DNA of 63,505 nt, the filler included, from Chiloscyllium plagiosum (lineage: Eukaryota): assembly GCF_004010195.1 (NCBI RefSeq). It is 3 parts of one record of this genome, joined end to end, with 100 filler letters (N's around TTAATTAATTAA, not from the genome) between each part and the next. Parts side by side here need not be neighbours in the genome. Positions count along the whole stretch, not along the records: positions 57,214 to 63,505 come from NC_057710.1; 2 more parts are not named here. One strand, 5' to 3'. A program made the translations under genes and the position numbers. The notes beneath the pieces were generated by a model. It did no database searches. It worked only from the letters and a program-made list of their open reading frames with translations, and had not been told where the DNA came from. Below, in pieces: positions 60,062 to 63,505 of the stretch. Each line of letters opens with the position of its first letter. The stretch's first letter is position 1.

Positions 60062-60619
60062 TAGAGATTCATCCAACCAAATGCAATTTTAGAATTGAAT
60101 CTAGGATCTTCTTTATATGTATGATGGTGCTATTCACCAGGAAATCAAAATCACTGAAAAATCAGTGAACAATAGCAGGCAATAATCACAATTTTCTGTT
60201 CTTCCATCCAAAATAGGTTCCAATTTAATGACAAATGAAACTAATGAGTAGAAAACTGTCAGCTAACTAGTATATAATGACAAAAATCTGGTCAATATTT
60301 TCAACATGGTATGTAACACTTAATATATTTTCAGCTTAAAATTACATTTTGACATGTTAGTAGCAAGCATGTTAACACACTGCTATGAAATTTATCCGCA
60401 CATGAATTTGATTAAAATGTCAGCCTATTTAAAATTAAAGCTAGTGTCACCATAGCAGAAAATGAAATTCCAGTCAATGTAACTTTTATTTTCAGAGGCA
60501 TTTGTGTTTAGATCAAAAGTACAGAGATACTAAACTATCATACATACTTAAAAACATGTTAACATTTTGGTAAATCCATTATGACTAAATAATTAGATGA
60601 CACTATATATAATTTAAAT

Positions 60620-60946
60620 TTGAATCCCTGTAGTGTAGAAATAGGCCATTTGATCCAACAAGTCCACACCGACTCTCTGAAGAGCATCTCACCCAGACAC
60701 CCCCTACCCTATTCCTGTAACTTTGCATTTCCCATGGTTAATCCACCTAACCTACACATCCCTGGACACTGAGAAATTTAGCATGGCCAATCCATCTAAC
60801 CTGCACATCTTTGGACTGTGAGAAGAAACTGAGAGCTCCCAAAAGAAACCCACACAGACATGGGGAAAAATGTACAAACATCACACAGATAGTCCCCCGA
60901 AATTGGAATTGAACCCGGGTCCCTGGCACTGTGAGGTAGCAGTGCT
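60620..60946 (-). mobile_element. Decayed HE1-type V-SINE
   Basis: Reverse B-box GGAATTGAACCCGGG, V-domain remnants, CR1-like tail. Confidence 0.8.
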
Positions 60947-61595
60947 ATATAATTTTGCAAATCAAACTAGAATCTATATATTCCATGGTTCGTTTATTTT
61001 CAAACATATTAAGGATCAGAGGACCTTGAATCTCCAATCTGTCTCCATCTTAAAAGTTTGCATCTGTTTGATCAGTACATTGTCTGATCTGCTTTTACCT
61101 TCTATTTAATTCTGCATTAGCTGAGCTGTCCCTCTCTTTATGCTGCCTACAGGCTCTATGCATACTACAGCTGTCAAGAAGGATTACACAGTCGATTGAG
61201 CAAACACCCGAGAATGTGTTTTATTTTTCTTTCTTATTACTAAAGCAACATAGGTCCAGGACATATTGAGACAGTACAAGTTGTAATCATTGTGGCCATG
61301 AAAAATAGTAAGAACATTTTGCCAAGAGTGCGTTTCTAAGACCTTGTGATAATCAACTCCAAAGGCTATTCTCAAATGCCCCTCATCTGGCTAAGAATGA
61401 TCAATTTAAAATTTATCTTTCAACACGTTTGCATGTTTAAATCAGCTCGTATACAAAAACTGCACTGCAGCTCACACAAGCAGCTTAAACAACAATGGAG
61501 CATATGATTAAACACCAGCAGGTGAAGCAGTGTGATGCATGCTAACAAGCTCTGAATGGTGTATTACAGATTTGCTATCAGCCTACCCATGCACC

Positions 61596-61691
61596 CATTC
61601 CTGAAGAAGGGCTTATGCCCGAAACGTCGATTCTCCTATTCCCTGGATGCTGCCTGACCTGCTGCGCTTTTCCAGCAACACATTTTCAGCT
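61596..61691 (+). mobile_element. PLE pseudo-LTR fragment with intact hammerhead core
   Basis: CATTC-CTGAAGA-A-GGGC-TTAT-GCCC-GAAA-CGTC-GA at 61596-61630. Confidence 0.85.
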
Positions 61692-62520
61692 ATATCTGGT
61701 CCGACCCTGGGGACTTAGCTATTTTGATGGTTCCCAGAATTTCCAGCTCATCCACTTCCTTAACATCAATCTGTTCGACCCGATTAACCTGGTCACACAG
61801 TGTTCTCATTATCAACAAGATCCTTCTCTCTAATGAATACTGAAAATCTCATTTAGTGCCTCCCCACCTTTTCAGACTCCAGGCACAAGTTCCCTCCACT
61901 ATCCCTGGTCGGCCATACCCTCTCTCTGATCATTCTCTTATTCCTCATGTAAGTGTAGAATATCTTTTGGGTTTTCCCTAATCCTTCCCGCCAAGGCTTT
62001 TTCATGCTCACTCGTAACTCTCCTCAACCCATTTTTGAGTTTTTTTCCTAGCTACCCTCGAACGCTGCACAGGATCCTTGCTTCCTCAACCTTAAGTAAG
62101 CTTCCTCCTTTGTCTTGATGAGAAGTTCCTCTGCTCTTGTCATCCAAGGTTCCTTAACCTTTCAATTCCTTGCCTATCTCGGTGGGACAAAGTTATCCAA
62201 CAGTCGCAACAATGGCTCCTTAAACAGCCTCCATGTTTCTGCTGTGCATTTCCTGTCGAACAATTGTTCCCAATTTATACTCCACAGCTCCTGTCTAATA
62301 GCAGTGTAATTTCCCCTCCCCCAATTAAATACCTTCCCATATTGTCTGCTCCTATTCCCCTCCCCCAATTAAATACCTTCCCATACTGTCTGCTCCTATC
62401 CCTCTCCATGGATATGTTATAGGTAAGGCAGTTGTAGTCACTGTCACCGTAATGTTCTGCCACTGAGAGATCTGACACCTGGCCTGGCTTGTTGCCAAGC
62501 ACAAATCCAAATCCTTTTGG
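61692..62520 (-). mobile_element. CR1 ORF2 EN/linker remnant with an internal 44-bp tandem duplication (62311-62398)
   Basis: LGNKPGQVSDLSV.EHYGDSD, FNWGRGNYTAIRQEL. Confidence 0.82.
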
Positions 62521-62819
62521 CCTATCGATATGAATAAGAAAGGTTTAGAAGAATATGGACCAAATGCTAGCAAATGGGAATAGATTAATTTTGGACAGTT
62601 GGTTGGCATGGACAAGTTGGACCAAACAGTCTGTTTCCATGCTCTACATCTCTGACTCGATGAGAAACTCCAATATAAGCAGCAGCTCCCCTCTGTCGAA
62701 GGTCACTGCTGATGGAGCACAATGAAAAATGACAGGCAAGAGGTTTAGAGAGAACGAAAAGAAAACATTTCTCACAGAGGATCGTGGATATCTGGAATGC
62801 ATTGCTTAAAAGAGTGTTT

Positions 62820-63168
62820 TTCACTTATTCACTCGTGGAGGTGGGCATCACTGTCACGGCCATTGAGAAGGTGGAGGTGAGCTCCTTCTTGAATTGCTGC
62901 AGTCCACCTGCTCTGTGTTGATGTACAGTGCCTATTGGGAGGGAATTCCAGGACTTTGTCCATCTACAAGGACAAGTGTAGCAGATACATGTCAATACCA
63001 CCTCCTGTAAATTCCAACCTAAAGGGATTGTGGATCAACTTAAAACAGATGGACTGTAACAGTACAAGAAGGCAGCTCACCAGCACATTCTCAAGGACAA
63101 TTAGGGATGGGGAATAAATGCTGGGTCCAGGCAGAAATGCCCATCTCCCACAAGTGTACATAAAAAAA
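62820..63168. mobile_element. Two LINE 3' ends in inverted orientation (unassigned clade)
   Basis: GAGAAGGTGGAGGTGAGCTCCTTCTTGAA..CAGTCCA versus TGGACTG..AAGAAGGCAGCTCACCAGCACATTCTC; AATAAA and A-rich end. Confidence 0.6.
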
Positions 63169-63170
63169 GC

Positions 63171-63505
63171 TCACTGTGTAACTGTACTGGGATATGTTTG
63201 TTCAGCAGGGTGAGGATCACTCACTGTGTAACAGTACTGGGATGTGTTTATTCAGCAGGGTAAGGGTCACTCACAGTATAACTGTACTGGGGTGTGTTTA
63301 TGCAGCAGGGTGAGGGTCACTCACTGTGTAACTGTACTGGGATGTGTTCATTCAGCAGGGTGAGGGTCACTCACTGTGTTACTGTACCGGGATGTGTTTA
63401 TTCAGCAGGGTAAGGATCACTCACTGTGTAACTGTACTGAGATGTGTTTATTCAGCAGGGTGAGGGTCACTCACAGTATAACTGTACTGGGGTGTGTTTA
63501 TTCAG
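63171..63505. repeat. 50-bp minisatellite, ~6.7 copies, runs off the window
   Basis: Unit TCACTGTGTAACTGTACTGGGATGTGTTTATTCAGCAGGGTGAGGGTCAC. Confidence 0.95.

Noticed and set aside
60062..60620. AT-rich unique stretch as ncRNA or enhancer
   Set aside because: No structure or motif cluster that I can support without conservation data.
61184..61390. Minus-strand ORF PDEGHLRIAFGVDYHKV... and a plus-strand mini-exon at ~61254-61307
   Set aside because: Weak or ambiguous splice signals and unrecognised peptides. Could be intron or UTR sequence.

Overview
Vertebrate genomic DNA, almost certainly a shark (inferred from HE1-type V-SINEs together with dense CR1 LINEs). It is a gapped draft assembly with N-runs and two artificial TTAATTAATTAA contig linkers. 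The large majority is a nested mosaic of decayed retroelements: CR1 LINEs, Rex1/Babar LINEs, L1/Tx1 LINEs, Penelope-like elements (PLEs, RT plus GIY-YIG), tRNA-derived V-SINEs, Gypsy remnants (one with Gmr1-like integrase-before-RT order) and a solo LTR. No intact multi-exon gene is visible. There are two candidate host exons: a 110-bp plus-strand exon at 2058-2167 resembling an ADAM metalloprotease prodomain exon 2, and an unidentified 84-codon minus-strand ORF at 46069-46323. The most striking structures are (i) minimal type-I hammerhead ribozyme motifs of three families carried by PLE ends, many in ~200-bp palindromic insertions with 13-17 bp target-site duplications, and (ii) a 4.2-kb, apparently perfect 132-bp higher-order repeat (4 x ~33 bp, rich in ETS motifs and CpG) inside a degenerate monomer array next to a promoter-like segment. 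All family calls are by motif recognition without database searches, and boundaries of decayed repeats are approximate.
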